Positions 50,712-62,750 of a stretch of DNA of 64,000 nucleotides are shown here, in pieces. The stretch spans positions 5,642,001 to 5,706,000 of the forward strand of contig JBHGNT010000010.1 of assembly GCA_043228905.1 (NCBI GenBank). Reading direction: 5' to 3'. The position numbers and the translations under genes were made by a program. The notes under the pieces are model-generated. The model made no database searches and was not told the origin of the DNA. It worked only from the letters and a program-made list of their open reading frames with translations. Every line of letters starts with the position of its first letter. Positions within the stretch are counted from its first letter, which is position 1. The DNA is from Azolla caroliniana (Eukaryota; Plantae; Polypodiophyta).

Positions 50712-53516
50712 ATGATGATCAAAATTTGTTTTGGAGAAAAAAACATGCACAAGTCTTGGAAAGATTGCATAATGAACAAGAGTTATTCACTTGATAATTG
50801 GCGACCACTGACGATCCTCACCAATGCATATAAGATAATGGCCAAAGCCGTAAGTAAGAGATTGAAAATGGTACTTGGGGACATTATACATACAACGCAA
50901 ACTGGTTTCTTGGAAAACCGGAGTATTGTGGACAATGTGATAACATTCTGGGAATACTCAGCATGGGCTGAGGAGCAAGAAGTGGACCTAGCAGTAATGC
51001 TACTTGACTTCGAAAAAGCATATGACAGGATTTCATGGGATTTCCTAGAAGTAGTGATGGCAGCCCTAGGTTTTGAACAACAATGGATCCGTGGAATGGG
51101 TGCCTTCTACAGAGGTGCATCCAGCCAAGTGTTAATGGCTGGAAGTATGGGGAAGAGCTTTAAGATGCTACGTTCGGTACGCCAAGGATGCCCATTAGCC
51201 CCGTATTTATACATAATTGCAGCAGAAGCTTTGCATTATCAAATTGCTGATAGATCTTGGCAAATACAAGGCCTTACCTTACCCGATGCTGAAGTTATGG
51301 TGCTTGATACGGCATATGCTGATGACACAATGACCTATGTCAAAGGTGATGCACACAACTTGGGCAGATTGCAAAATGCAATTGATGAGTTTTGTAGGGG
51401 ATCCGATGCTAAAATAAATTGGAATAAATCTGTGGGCATTTGGATCAGTAATAAACCCATGTTAAACTGGGTCCCCGACCCCAATTTTAGATGGTTGAGG
51501 AAAGGAGAAGCTACTAGATACTTGGGCTTCAAAATTGGTATGGACATTGATCGGGCAGAACACTACAATCTACTAGTGGATAAAATAAAAATGAAGCTAA
51601 TATGGTGGAATGCAAGAAAACTATCCTTTGCGGGAAAGATTGTGATTGCAAATCAGATTCTAATGGCCACTATATGGCACACTGCTGCATGCTGGATAAT
51701 CGTGCCCAAGTCGATGAAATTGATAAAAAAGATCATTAGAAATTTCTTATGGGGGGGCACAAAGGAAAAACAAGTCGTTGCAAAGATTGCTTGGACCACA
51801 CTTATAAAAAGGAAAAGGGAAGGGGTGGTGGGATTGATAGATCCCGTGATGCAAACGAAGGCCTTGCTAGGCAAACTAGTGGTCCGGAGCCTACAACCTC
51901 CTGAGGCACCTTGGAAAGTTCTATGGCGGCGTAGATGGAAGATGTGGCTGCCAAGACAAGGTGGATGTTGGCCTAGCAGCCCATTTTGGGGCTTTGTGCC
52001 AGAAATGAGGCCCAAATACTGGGGAAGTATGCAGAGTCTTTGTGCTATCGGAATTATGAAAGCATGGCAAGAAATCAGAAAGGGGATCATATGTAGGTGG
52101 AGAAATGATGCATATGCGCGGATATACATGCCAATTGTGTGGAATCCATTGATTAGAGATGTGGATGGGCTGATGATAGGCCAAAAAACAGGTTTCAAAT
52201 GGGCTGAGTTAATCAATGCCCAAGGGAATGCATTAGTGGAGTGGGAGAGGTTTTTGTCCAATGAGGTGGGCACTCAAAAGGCTAGAATATGGAGAATAAG
52301 CAGGGGTAAAGGCATGCTCAAGAGAATTACAGATGCCATTGCATGCTACAAGAATACATTGGAAGAGGAAGAAGTAACAACCTCTGAAATTGCGTGGACA
52401 GGTCTTATAGATGCTGAAAACTGTTTAATTGGCATTAAGGGAATGAAAGTAGAATCGAACGAGGTATGCTACTACAAACTAGAGCACGGAAGGGCAAGAG
52501 GTGAGCAACCAGTCTTTCAAAGAGAAAAGCCGATTAGGCTGATTGTAAAAACTGGTAAGAATATGATTATTGACCCTAAGCCAAGGGAGATCACACCGGC
52601 GACAGTGTGTTGGCCTATACAAGGGCATTTGGATCAGTTATCATGGGACCCAGCCAGGTATTTTTGGAGAACTCAAGGACAAACTGATGGGGAAAAGCTG
52701 GTTCAATTTTTCAGGTATAACACGAAGATTGGGAGGCAAATTCTTCTAGAACAAAAACATGACAAGGTTGCGGCAAGGAAATTTTGGATGCAGGAGGGCA
52801 TAAGTGAAAGGAGACTAGATAAATTCTGGAAAATGATATGGCATGACAAATATGACCGCAAGATAATGATGTGTTTATGGCTTATTGCACATAGAGCCTT
52901 GCCAGTAGGGACGTGGGGTAAAGGCCCCAATGTAGACCCTCGATGTACTGCATGTGGACAGATAGAAAGCATCTCCCATTGTCTATGGGAATGTCGTGAT
53001 GCAATGGCTGTATGGGGAAGGGCACTTCGTTTGCTTTGCCACGCCTCTAGTTCGTTCACCCTCAACTGGGGACATGCTTGTTGGATGTCTCTTGACGTTG
53101 ATGTGGCGACATACGATAGCACATGCAATGCTAAGTACAGAGGGGAGAATGGCATTGTTCGGCTGATCCCTGACAACGGGGTACCTACAACTTGTGTACA
53201 GAATCAAAAACTTGAAGATCTTTGGATGTTGCTTGCCCCCATCACTATATGGCATATATGGACAGCAAGGTGTACCAGGGTATTTTCCGCACACAAACGC
53301 CCTCCAGCTGAATCGATTAAGCTAATTTGGCACACACTCATAACTACACTAAGAGCTCAATATGAGCGGATTAATGGTACTAATGATGCTGCAGACCTAA
53401 TGAGGCTGAATTTTCGAAAAAGATGGTGTACGACACCGATGGCCGCAGCAAATGGATTGGATATACTATGGAAGTATGATGTACCCAGATGGTTGTTTCC
53501 CCCTCCCATTAGTTGA
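50712..53516 (+). CDS. Uninterrupted LINE ORF2 remnant (RT plus C-terminal zinc-binding region, no endonuclease); first ~25 codons come from flanking DNA
   Basis: LDFEKAYD, VRQGCPLAP, YADD, RYLG, CTAC..ESISHCLWEC; 934 codons without a stop. Confidence 0.8.
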   Translation: MMIKICFGEKNMHKSWKDCIMNKSYSLDNWRPLTILTNAYKIMAKAVSKRLKMVLGDIIHTTQTGFLENRSIVDNVITFWEYSAWAEEQEVDLAVMLLDFEKAYDRISWDFLEVVMAALGFEQQWIRGMGAFYRGASSQVLMAGSMGKSFKMLRSVRQGCPLAPYLYIIAAEALHYQIADRSWQIQGLTLPDAEVMVLDTAYADDTMTYVKGDAHNLGRLQNAIDEFCRGSDAKINWNKSVGIWISNKPMLNWVPDPNFRWLRKGEATRYLGFKIGMDIDRAEHYNLLVDKIKMKLIWWNARKLSFAGKIVIANQILMATIWHTAACWIIVPKSMKLIKKIIRNFLWGGTKEKQVVAKIAWTTLIKRKREGVVGLIDPVMQTKALLGKLVVRSLQPPEAPWKVLWRRRWKMWLPRQGGCWPSSPFWGFVPEMRPKYWGSMQSLCAIGIMKAWQEIRKGIICRWRNDAYARIYMPIVWNPLIRDVDGLMIGQKTGFKWAELINAQGNALVEWERFLSNEVGTQKARIWRISRGKGMLKRITDAIACYKNTLEEEEVTTSEIAWTGLIDAENCLIGIKGMKVESNEVCYYKLEHGRARGEQPVFQREKPIRLIVKTGKNMIIDPKPREITPATVCWPIQGHLDQLSWDPARYFWRTQGQTDGEKLVQFFRYNTKIGRQILLEQKHDKVAARKFWMQEGISERRLDKFWKMIWHDKYDRKIMMCLWLIAHRALPVGTWGKGPNVDPRCTACGQIESISHCLWECRDAMAVWGRALRLLCHASSSFTLNWGHACWMSLDVDVATYDSTCNAKYRGENGIVRLIPDNGVPTTCVQNQKLEDLWMLLAPITIWHIWTARCTRVFSAHKRPPAESIKLIWHTLITTLRAQYERINGTNDAADLMRLNFRKRWCTTPMAAANGLDILWKYDVPRWLFPPPIS

Positions 53517-53727
53517 ACGAGGGGCGTGAAAGCCATGGCAAGTGGGATAGTGAAGGTAGGTGATGTATCTGTAAGGATGGCTTGAGTCATATGTAAAAGT
53601 GTAAGATAAATAAGTGAGATCTCTCGTATGTAGGCTAGGATAATCTTGGCACGGCCTACCTGAGAAAGGGATCGTGTTCATGTATATTTTAACTAATGGA
53701 GTATATTCTTTTTTGGAAAAATAAATA
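50788..53727 (+). mobile_element. 5'-truncated LINE (L1/Tx1-like)
   Basis: 17-bp TSD AATGAACAAGAGTTATT (50771-50787, 53728-53744); A-rich tail; starts just before NWRPLTIL. Confidence 0.93.
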
Positions 53728-55637
53728 AATGAACAAGAGTTATTTTTTCCAATGAAACCTTGTAGGATGGTCTTGACTCATTGTTTTGTGACTGTCTTTA
53801 ATTACATGTGAAAGAGGGGTTTCTAAGATGAATAAGGTAAAACCAACTCTCTTGACATTTTTTACCATCAATAAATGAGATAAATTTCAACGAGGTTATG
53901 CCAAAGGGAAATGTATGAAGAATAGAAATTTCAAATCATTGACAACGACATAATGTTGATCGATGAATATACATATCACGACTTGTGGAAACATCATCTT
54001 TCTACAACATTATGTGGTTGCTATTTTGTCCGTAGTGGAAATGTTTATATTGCACAACATTGGGCAAGTTAGAAATCTGCCCTTCAAATAAGGTTAGCAT
54101 ATTTTCAATATACACGTCCCATGAAAGTGCAAGTTGCACACCAAATCGTAACATTGGCTACAACTCAAGAGGAGAAAATATGCCAAACATGGACAAGTTT
54201 ACGCTTTGTCATGCAAGTTGGTAAATAAGTTGTCTTTTATCAAAGGCAATACCAAAAGACTTTCACAACCCTAAGCTGAAGTCACTCCCAGATGCATCAT
54301 GTAGAACAATATTTTTTTTGAAAGGGAAGTGTTGTCAATCTTTGTCTTAAGGCTTTAACCACTGTATCAAAACCTTAGATTTTTAGTCAATGTTCGCATC
54401 GCCAAAGTGCATATGAGTACATTAGAATGCATTTGATTTGATATATCAACTTTTGTTCCCACATGCATTGAAGGCAACATGTATGTCTCTCTTTCGTGCT
54501 TTTCTTATTTCTTTTAAAATGACATAGCTGATGAGAATGGTTTTGTGGTCAAATTTTGGAAGTACAAAAGCTCGCGGCATCAAAGTGGCAATTATTGCAA
54601 TAGCCTAAATAAAACCCTTAAACAATGTAGCCTAATAAAATAGTCCATCCATTAGACAATACAAAAGGTAGAGTGTAAGGCACAATATGTTTCAAGGAAA
54701 AAAGATGCACAAAGTGTCTCATACTATTATGGGATATTGAGGAGAATAATTGTGTCAAGAGAGATCAAAGAGGAGGGAGTGCTTGACAAAGAACAATATT
54801 TGAACAAAAAAAAGGAAACAATTTGTGGAATGCTTCAAATTTAAATTGATGATCGAATCATCATCAATGCTAAACACATTGTTATCCTTCAAAATCTTTA
54901 AACTATACCCAATATCTTCGTTTTATCATAAAATTTTAAACCTTGGTTGCATACAAAAGTGGTGAGAATGTCTGCCTTCGACCTTTTTGAGGGTGCACCA
55001 AAACCTTGCTTCATTTTTGACAAAAGGCCTTCTACATAGAACACCAAAGAAATTCATTTGTTTTTTTGTATACAAGCCTAGGATACCGTCATCACAACAT
55101 CTATCACACGAGACAATCAAATGTATCCATGAAAGAGAAATCATCACAACGTTCGACGAATAAGTCTTCTAGGTTTGCATGTAAGAAGAAGTGGGGAAGC
55201 ATAGTGTAAAGCAGCTTCCTTACCTCTGCCATTGTCAATTGTCACCTAAAAATGTCGCCTGATGCCCTAATAAGGATAGGAATTGGCAAGGAAGAGATTA
55301 GATATTCGTGTATAAATCCCTCAAATAGTTGGCAAAAAGATTTTCTCATTGGATTGACGTATAATTATGAACCAACAAGTTCTTTTTATATTGATGTTGA
55401 CTACGAGCTAGAATCTAGGCGCAATGCAAGACATGTTCAACATATAATATATGTTACATTTTGAAATAAAACAATATCCACCAAGATATTTTGGAAACCC
55501 ATGAAAAACCGTTTCCACAATGTCTACAAAGAAACATGAGAAAATATTGTCGTTACCACAAACTAAATTTAAGAAAATTGGAATTACATACATGTTGAAT
55601 TCACAAATGCAAATGCATGTATAAAATATGAGTAGAT

Positions 55638-55978
55638 GGTGGATGGCAAAACAAAGTGGATTTATCAACCACCACGGTGGTTGTTCCCTTCGAGTGTACC
55701 TAACATATAGATGGGTGTTGCAATGTGAAGAGATTGGAGGATGCCTATGCTGAATTCAGGTTGTACTAGACCCTAAACCCTAAACCGGCCGAGTAATTCA
55801 ATGCTCAGTGGATGATGTGGTGATTAGGAGTTTTTTGTTGATTCCTTTATACATGTTGTTTTCTTTTTCGCCATGCGAGTCGGCTTGTAAGATATGAGTT
55901 GTATATTATCCTATGTACATTGACTTAAGTAATGGAAGTAGTTTTTTTTTTGGAAAAAAAAAAGAAAAAAGGAAAAAA
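55638..55978 (+). mobile_element. Severely 5'-truncated LINE related to the 50.8-kb element
   Basis: Encodes KWIYQPPRWLFP (cf. LWKYDVPRWLFP); same TAATGGA..Tn-GG-An end; TSD GAGTAGAT (55630-55637, 55979-55986). Confidence 0.8.
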
Positions 55979-58900
55979 GAGTAGATATTAATTATTCCAT
56001 TTAGAAGAGTTATAAATATGTTTCTTAAAATGGGAAAGTTTAGTCCAATTTGCTAGTTATAACCTTTCATAGCTATAATGGCTACTTTATAATATTTCGA
56101 CAACTTAAAGGGTTCCTTTCTCTTCCAAGTATTTTAGATTCTATTTGACATATAACTATGAATTAATTTGTATATAAAACTAGTCTCTCAATTAAGAATG
56201 GTTTTTGTGGAGGTGTGAAATTCTTCCTTCACTTCTTAACGTGTTATTGAATTGATATATGTGCTAACTTTACTTGCCCTCAATCAAGTTCAAAGCCAAG
56301 TCAATGACATGTAATTTTCAAAATGAGGTATTTCTCATTGTAGCAGTATGCTTGTAGCAACATAGTGTGGCACGCCAATGAGGAAGAAGTTTATTGAATA
56401 TATGTACATACAATCATGTCAATCAAGTGTCCATTCCCATCTCAAGTAAGACATGTGTAGCACCACAATTTATCCACGATCTTTTTCAATCCAAAAAACA
56501 TTTCCTTAAAAACGTGGACTCAATGGATAACATGTTTTTATATAACCATTTTCAGATCTCATGTTGTGGAAAAACAAAATCAATGTCAATGTCAAGGTTG
56601 TTCGTTTAGCTTTGTAGATATGTATGGGAATGTTGATGTTGCAAAGGCACTTTCTTTGTCACACTCAAAACCAAAACCTATAAGATGACCTTAAATGTCA
56701 TGACAACTTTGATTTGAACACAAGCTCTATGACTTGAAGCCATGACCATATTGATGCAGCAAAAACACAAGCTTTACTATTGCATCATGTCATGGTTATA
56801 CGCCTCAAATTTATCATTTCAGAAAGACTAAGCTCATAAAAACATTTTTGTCAATGTCTTTTATGGAGTGTTTGAAGGCAACACATTCACATCATGCTTT
56901 TGCATGCAATGAATGTAATGTCATGTTGTTCGTTACCAAACTCATATGTTAAAAGTGTGACAACCACATTTGCTGTTGCATGAGATATTGGGTCTTGATG
57001 TTTTCATTTGCAATAAAATATGACGCTCGTTGAATTGTTTTCTACTAATCAAATACGATTAATTCAGAAGAATAATACGAAAGCTCTTGGTTTATTTATT
57101 ATCATAAGTTTGGAAAAGAAACTTGTTATGCTAAGTGCCCCCCCCCCCCCCCCCCCCCTTCACTTGAAAGAGGTCGTTCAAATTTCAAATCTAGGTGAAC
57201 ATATGTTGAGAAGGACAAACCTTTGGATGAAATCTTAGATGTGAAAAACACTTAATTTTATACTTTCCTTGACTTCAATTTTACGTGTAATTTTTTTCTT
57301 GCTTTTATAAAGATTACCTTTCTCAATAATGACTTATAATTGTTCTAATGCGTTTTTATTATTATCAAGGATTAACCTATCTTTAAGTATTGTTACATGT
57401 TGTACATATTTTAGCCATGTATCACTACCTGTAACATTACTTGAAAATCATAGTTAAGATCTAATGGAGGAAGGTGTCCCAAGAATTGTAAATCTCCTTT
57501 AGAATTTATAAAGATTGAGGTAGACTAAAGTATGTAACAGGGATCTTACTAATTATAAGGTGTGAACCTATAAAATGGTTGGAAAATAACCTTAGATCGG
57601 ACACATGGTTCAAGAATCTCATCATGAGTAAGTGATTGAGCTCAACAAAATTGGCAAACTGATACAACTCATGGTTAATCAGAGATCATACTTGCCTAAT
57701 GAGTACAAGTTTTAATTAATGCTCTTAGTAAAGAGAAATTTTATAAAAGCAACAAGTCTGAGGGGTTGATGAGTTATTGGTGTTAGACTTTAGTGAAGGC
57801 CAAGAATTGTATTGGACATGTCAAAACATGACCCAAGAACGGTTTTGAATTGAAGAGGTGAGGGTAATAAATAAGTCAAAAGGCCCAAATAAATAACACC
57901 TAGAAATTTTGTGCAATCTAGGGTTGAGAAAGAAAGCTTTGAATCCAAATAATATGTGGATCATTGATATGCCTAAGAGGAGTTGAAGAATAAGACCTAG
58001 AATACTAAAGTTGCGTCTATCTTGTGTCTGATGAAATTGCAAGATCTAACATTTAAGCTCCACTGCCACACACATTTAATGATTGCAAACATGCAACACT
58101 CATTTATAACCAAAGTATGTACAATGTTGAGGGTCACATTGATGCAAGTCTAGGGTGGTCAATGAGAAATGAATCAACATATAAAGTGCTATGCACTATT
58201 TTGTTCCATAATTGTCACAGTAATATCATGTTTATTGCATTCTACAAATAGCATTGAATGCCCTCTTGAATCCTATATCATCTTCACAATTTTTCTCACT
58301 CATGGGAGGCGAGAGGCTTTTTATTATTTTGAGTCTCAAGAGCATTTCATGACATTTTTCATGTGAGTTGTCCCATATAAATTGTCTAACGTCTAGGCAT
58401 GTAATGCACCAAGTCTCAATATCTTAATAGCCTTTATATATTAAGGGATGGGTTATATAATCAATTGTAGATTGTTATGCCTCAAATGGAAACCTATGGC
58501 TATGCTCTGTTGTCATAAAGATTATGGTCGTGTGTCACAACTGCCAAGGTTCAGTGACTTGGGAATGATCGGCATGACAAAGGGTAATTGTTTCGATATC
58601 ATGAAGCCTTAGCTTCCCGACATCGTCCCATAGGTCACAATTGGTCTCCCGTTGTTATGCACACATAACAAATGTGAGGGTAGGTCACTAATATTTACAT
58701 AAGTGAAGGGTATGCTCAATAATGTTACAAAGGGACTAATGTGATTGGATAGAAGGAATGATAGGTGCATGCAATATCATGACCTTGACAACCAATGAAT
58801 GGGGAATCTTTTAGAAAGGCACATCCATTCAAGGTGTCTAGGAAGAGGTGTAGATATGAAGCATAACTACCCTCATAAGACACATTACATCTGAAGGTTG

Positions 58901-61277
58901 CCGTCTTAAGACAATAGTGGTGTGGGCTAGGCTTTTGTCACTACGATCATGTTATCTCTTCCAAGGTATTAGTGGTCCTAATATCCGTCGGTATGGGACG
59001 TTGGTGGTAGGTTGGCTATGTCTTGATCATGTTTTTTCAACTTGTGTTTGAATACACCTGTTACTTATTGTTGTTGGGGTACTTAAAAGGAGATTTTGGT
59101 GTAATTAAATAAAAGCACATAGATTTGACTAGTAACAATCATGTACATCTCAATCTTTTTCCTTTTTACTCATGAAGTCTTGTGGGTGATGGCACTTTCT
59201 ATACAAAGATTGTAGTTAGTTTTAATGATTAAACTAATTGTCTTTATTGTTGTAAAATATGAACACCTAGCTTCGAGGGTAACCATGTATATTTCATTCT
59301 TTCTCATTTTATTCATGAAGTTGTCGCATGGGAGTCGAACCTTGCTATATAAATATTGCTCCGTGGATTTCCGTGGACATGTTTGAGGCTTCTCAAGCAT
59401 ATTACCAAATCAATATTGCTTTGATATGAGTCATGACACCACATTTGCCTTTTTAGGTACACTACACAAATAATTGCCTATTAATAATACAAACTAAAAA
59501 TATTTGAAACACAATGATTCATGCCAAAAACAACCTCTTATCCTTAGATCATGCATTATTGTCATGAACCCTTTCATAGGCTTATCTTTAACATCCATGT
59601 GCATACATAAGCATTTACAAAATATGATCAAATAATGGGCACTTACCTTTAACACTAATGAAAGCATGTAAAATGTACATGATCGAATAATGTATTCCAT
59701 GAAGTTCTAAGACTCAGACTTAATCAAAATGATGGGGTTGGTATCATCTACGCACATAAAAATAGTTGGCAAATGACTTCGTATTTTGTGTATTATCTAG
59801 AGTCACATCAACTTTAGGATGCATTTTTACATACTATAACAATTATAATACTTCATAAGTTTTGCTTTGCCATGACATGTTATCTTTGCTTTGCAATCAA
59901 ACAAAAATAAGTTTTTATGAGTTGCATACTTAATTCTTACAAATGAGCAATTTACTTCATGGTAAGATCGTGTAAGGTGTAACAACAATCTTAATAGGAA
60001 TCATGATAGGTTCTTGAATGGCCAAGGACCAACATGTTTTTCAATATCATAATTGCTAAAGATTGTGACTCTAGAAATAAAATGGTATCAAAATTGACAA
60101 ATGGATATTCAAAATCTTGTAGTATGTAAACAGTGAAAACAATGTTGTGGCAACAATCCGATCAATCTTGTACCTTGTGACATCAAAGTTGTGGGTTCAA
60201 GGCTCGACAAAACATCAAGTTGATGTTGCGCTTACCACAGAATCTAAATATTATTGCTTTAAAACATTGACATGGATGTCTACCCGCAATGGATAGAGTT
60301 AAAAACGAGAATGGATGAACATTGACAATTTCTTTTTTCATGTGAGGTGTGAAAATGAAAGCAATGATGGTCGAAACTCTGGAGTAGAAATGAAAAGAGA
60401 TAATGAAATGATATGTCAGATTTCATGGGAGCACCAATGATACCACGAATTATCATGAGACAAATCCTAAAGAGGAATTTAGGGTGTTTTGGTTGGTCTA
60501 ATTGCTAGGGATTCATAATAATCTTAGTTGTGCCGTAAGTAGTGTAACAAGTGCCAATGGCAGAACACTTCATTGAAATTGACTAGTTATCATAATGAAA
60601 GGTGGTCTTTATAATACCAGGCTTGCCAATCTATCCATTCAATGGAACTCTTCACGAGACATGTTAGAGCTTATTTCTAATGTAAGCATGAAATAAGAAA
60701 ATAAATGATAGATAAATAAGAGAAAGAGGGAGAAAGAAGGGTGATGATCCCGACAACCCCCGAACGAAGGGACCGAGAAGGACTTGAGCCTTGATCGGCG
60801 TCCCATACCACTACCATGGCATCGAGTCGTACTTGGTACTGGCATGCTCGCTACAACAGTCTAATCACCACAAGAACACAACCTCAATGTAGTCGAATAA
60901 GGTCCCTAATAAGGATAGATAAGCCTTATATTTATATCCAAACATAAGGCCCCCAAGCAAGTTCACACTTGGCCCTTATGGGTTGTCTCGATTCTTAGGA
61001 TTAAAAGTAATCCTCCCTTATTTACACTCTCGGTTAACCCTCACACTTTTATCCTCGTGTGTAGAATATTACGGTACAACTTCCCACGAGATAAATTATG
61101 GTCATGCTCGTACCAAGAGATGATGGATAGAGTATGCAAGAGCTACTCGTTACTTTCGGGGATGGAATTATTACTGACGACATGTATGTGTTTTCTTATA
61201 GTCCGATGGGATCGCGTGGGAGAGGGGACAGAAGAAGCTACACTCATTGTCTTTTGAGAAAGGTTGGGGAGGAATGC

Positions 61278-61412
61278 CAATGTCATGGATGCCATAGGTG
61301 CCTATGCCATCGCCATCGCTATCGCTATCGCCATTGATGCCATGCATCATCAATGTCATCGCCATCGCCATCAATGTCATGTATCATCAATGCCATCACC
61401 ATCAATGCCATC
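61278..61412. repeat. Degenerate (CATCGC/CATCAATGC)n simple repeat
   Basis: Visible iterations. Confidence 0.75.
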
Positions 61413-61502
61413 AAAGCAGTAATGTATGAATCCATTCCTAAAAGACGACAAAATGGGGACAAAATTCATTAGGAATGAGCTTTATGTGTGACATGTGCGC
61501 GT

Positions 61503-61735
61503 GCCTATGTATATGGATATATATACTAGTGGCATTACCATTGGTATCCATCCCTATGTGTATGTATGTATATGTATTATATATATACATTGGCATTACC
61601 ATTAGTATCCATCCCTATGTGTATGTGTGTATATGTATTATATATATGCCATTGACATTACCTTTAGTATCCCTATAATGTATGTATGTATGTATGTATG
61701 TATGTATATGTATATGTATATATATTGTGTGTGTG
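61503..61735. repeat. ~60-bp tandem repeat x3 with (TATG)n
   Basis: GGCATTACCATT.GTATCCATCCCTATGTGTATG repeated. Confidence 0.8.
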
Positions 61736-61969
61736 GAAATAATTGCTTTTTGCTTTCTTAGCTTTTCCCCTGTTTTTTCAAAGAAGGATGATTTTTGTTG
61801 CTGGATGCCCTTTTCTCCTCTGTTCTTATGTACATAATTATATAATTATATAATTATATCTCATTACTATTAGAATACTTCAACAAGTCAATCATCATTA
61901 GGTTCTCCTAATTAATTGTATTCTCCTCATCATTAGCTTAATCTCTCCACTATCCCTCTCCAATTCTGA

Positions 61970-62750
61970 CACTTGCCTAATCATATGTGGCACTCAAAAT
62001 CTCGGCGCCTAATCTTTCGGCATACAACCATCTAATCATATAGCCGAATCTCTAATCTCGGTAGTCAACCATCCAATTTAGAGCTTAATACTGCCCCAAA
62101 CCCATCCAATAAGAGCCTAATCTCGGTAATATAACCATCCAATTAGTGCTTAACATTACCCCAAATCCATCCAATTAGCAGCCTAATCTCGGCGCACAAA
62201 CCCATCAGATTGGAGCTTAATCTGGTCACAAACTCAACCTAATTTTCTCACAAACTCATCCAAATGGAGCATAATCTGATCACAAACTCACGCTAATTTT
62301 CTCACAAACTCATCCAATCTGGAGCCTAATTTTCTTACAAACCCCACCGATTGGGGCCTAATTAATCTCATCACAAAAGCGTCCAATATTCCCAGCCAAA
62401 TCCTTTGTCTCAAGCCCATCCAATTGGAGCCTAATCTCGGCAAACAACACTGACCAGTTGGTGCCTAATCTCATCACAAAAACGTCCAATCCCATCCGAA
62501 TCTCGTCACAAACCTGTCCGATAAGAGTCTAATTTTCTCACAAACGCTTCTAATCGGAGATTAATCTCCTCACAAACCCATCCAAACAGAGCCTAATCTC
62601 GTTACAAAACCGGTCGAAGCTTTTAATCAGAGCCTCATTCATCACAACTCCATGAAAGGAGAGCCTAAAATCAATCCGTAATCCCATCTGTTCAGTGAGA
62701 GCCTTAATCAAACCCTAATCTCACCTAATCTCACCTAATCAGTCCGAGCC
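61970..62750. repeat. Degenerate ~35-40-bp tandem array, consensus CACAAACCCATCCAATTGGAGCCTAATCTC
   Basis: About 15-18 recognisable units. Confidence 0.75.

Noticed and set aside
53745-60600. Old CACTA-like or LTR remnants (YYGIL-like peptide near 54720; GTAACAGG inverted pair at 57534/59057)
   Set aside because: Too degenerate; no matching TSD or continuous frame.
60742-61217. GC-richer ~470-bp island as a solo LTR
   Set aside because: Only a 6-bp inverted match (GATCCC), with no clean TG..CA or TSD.
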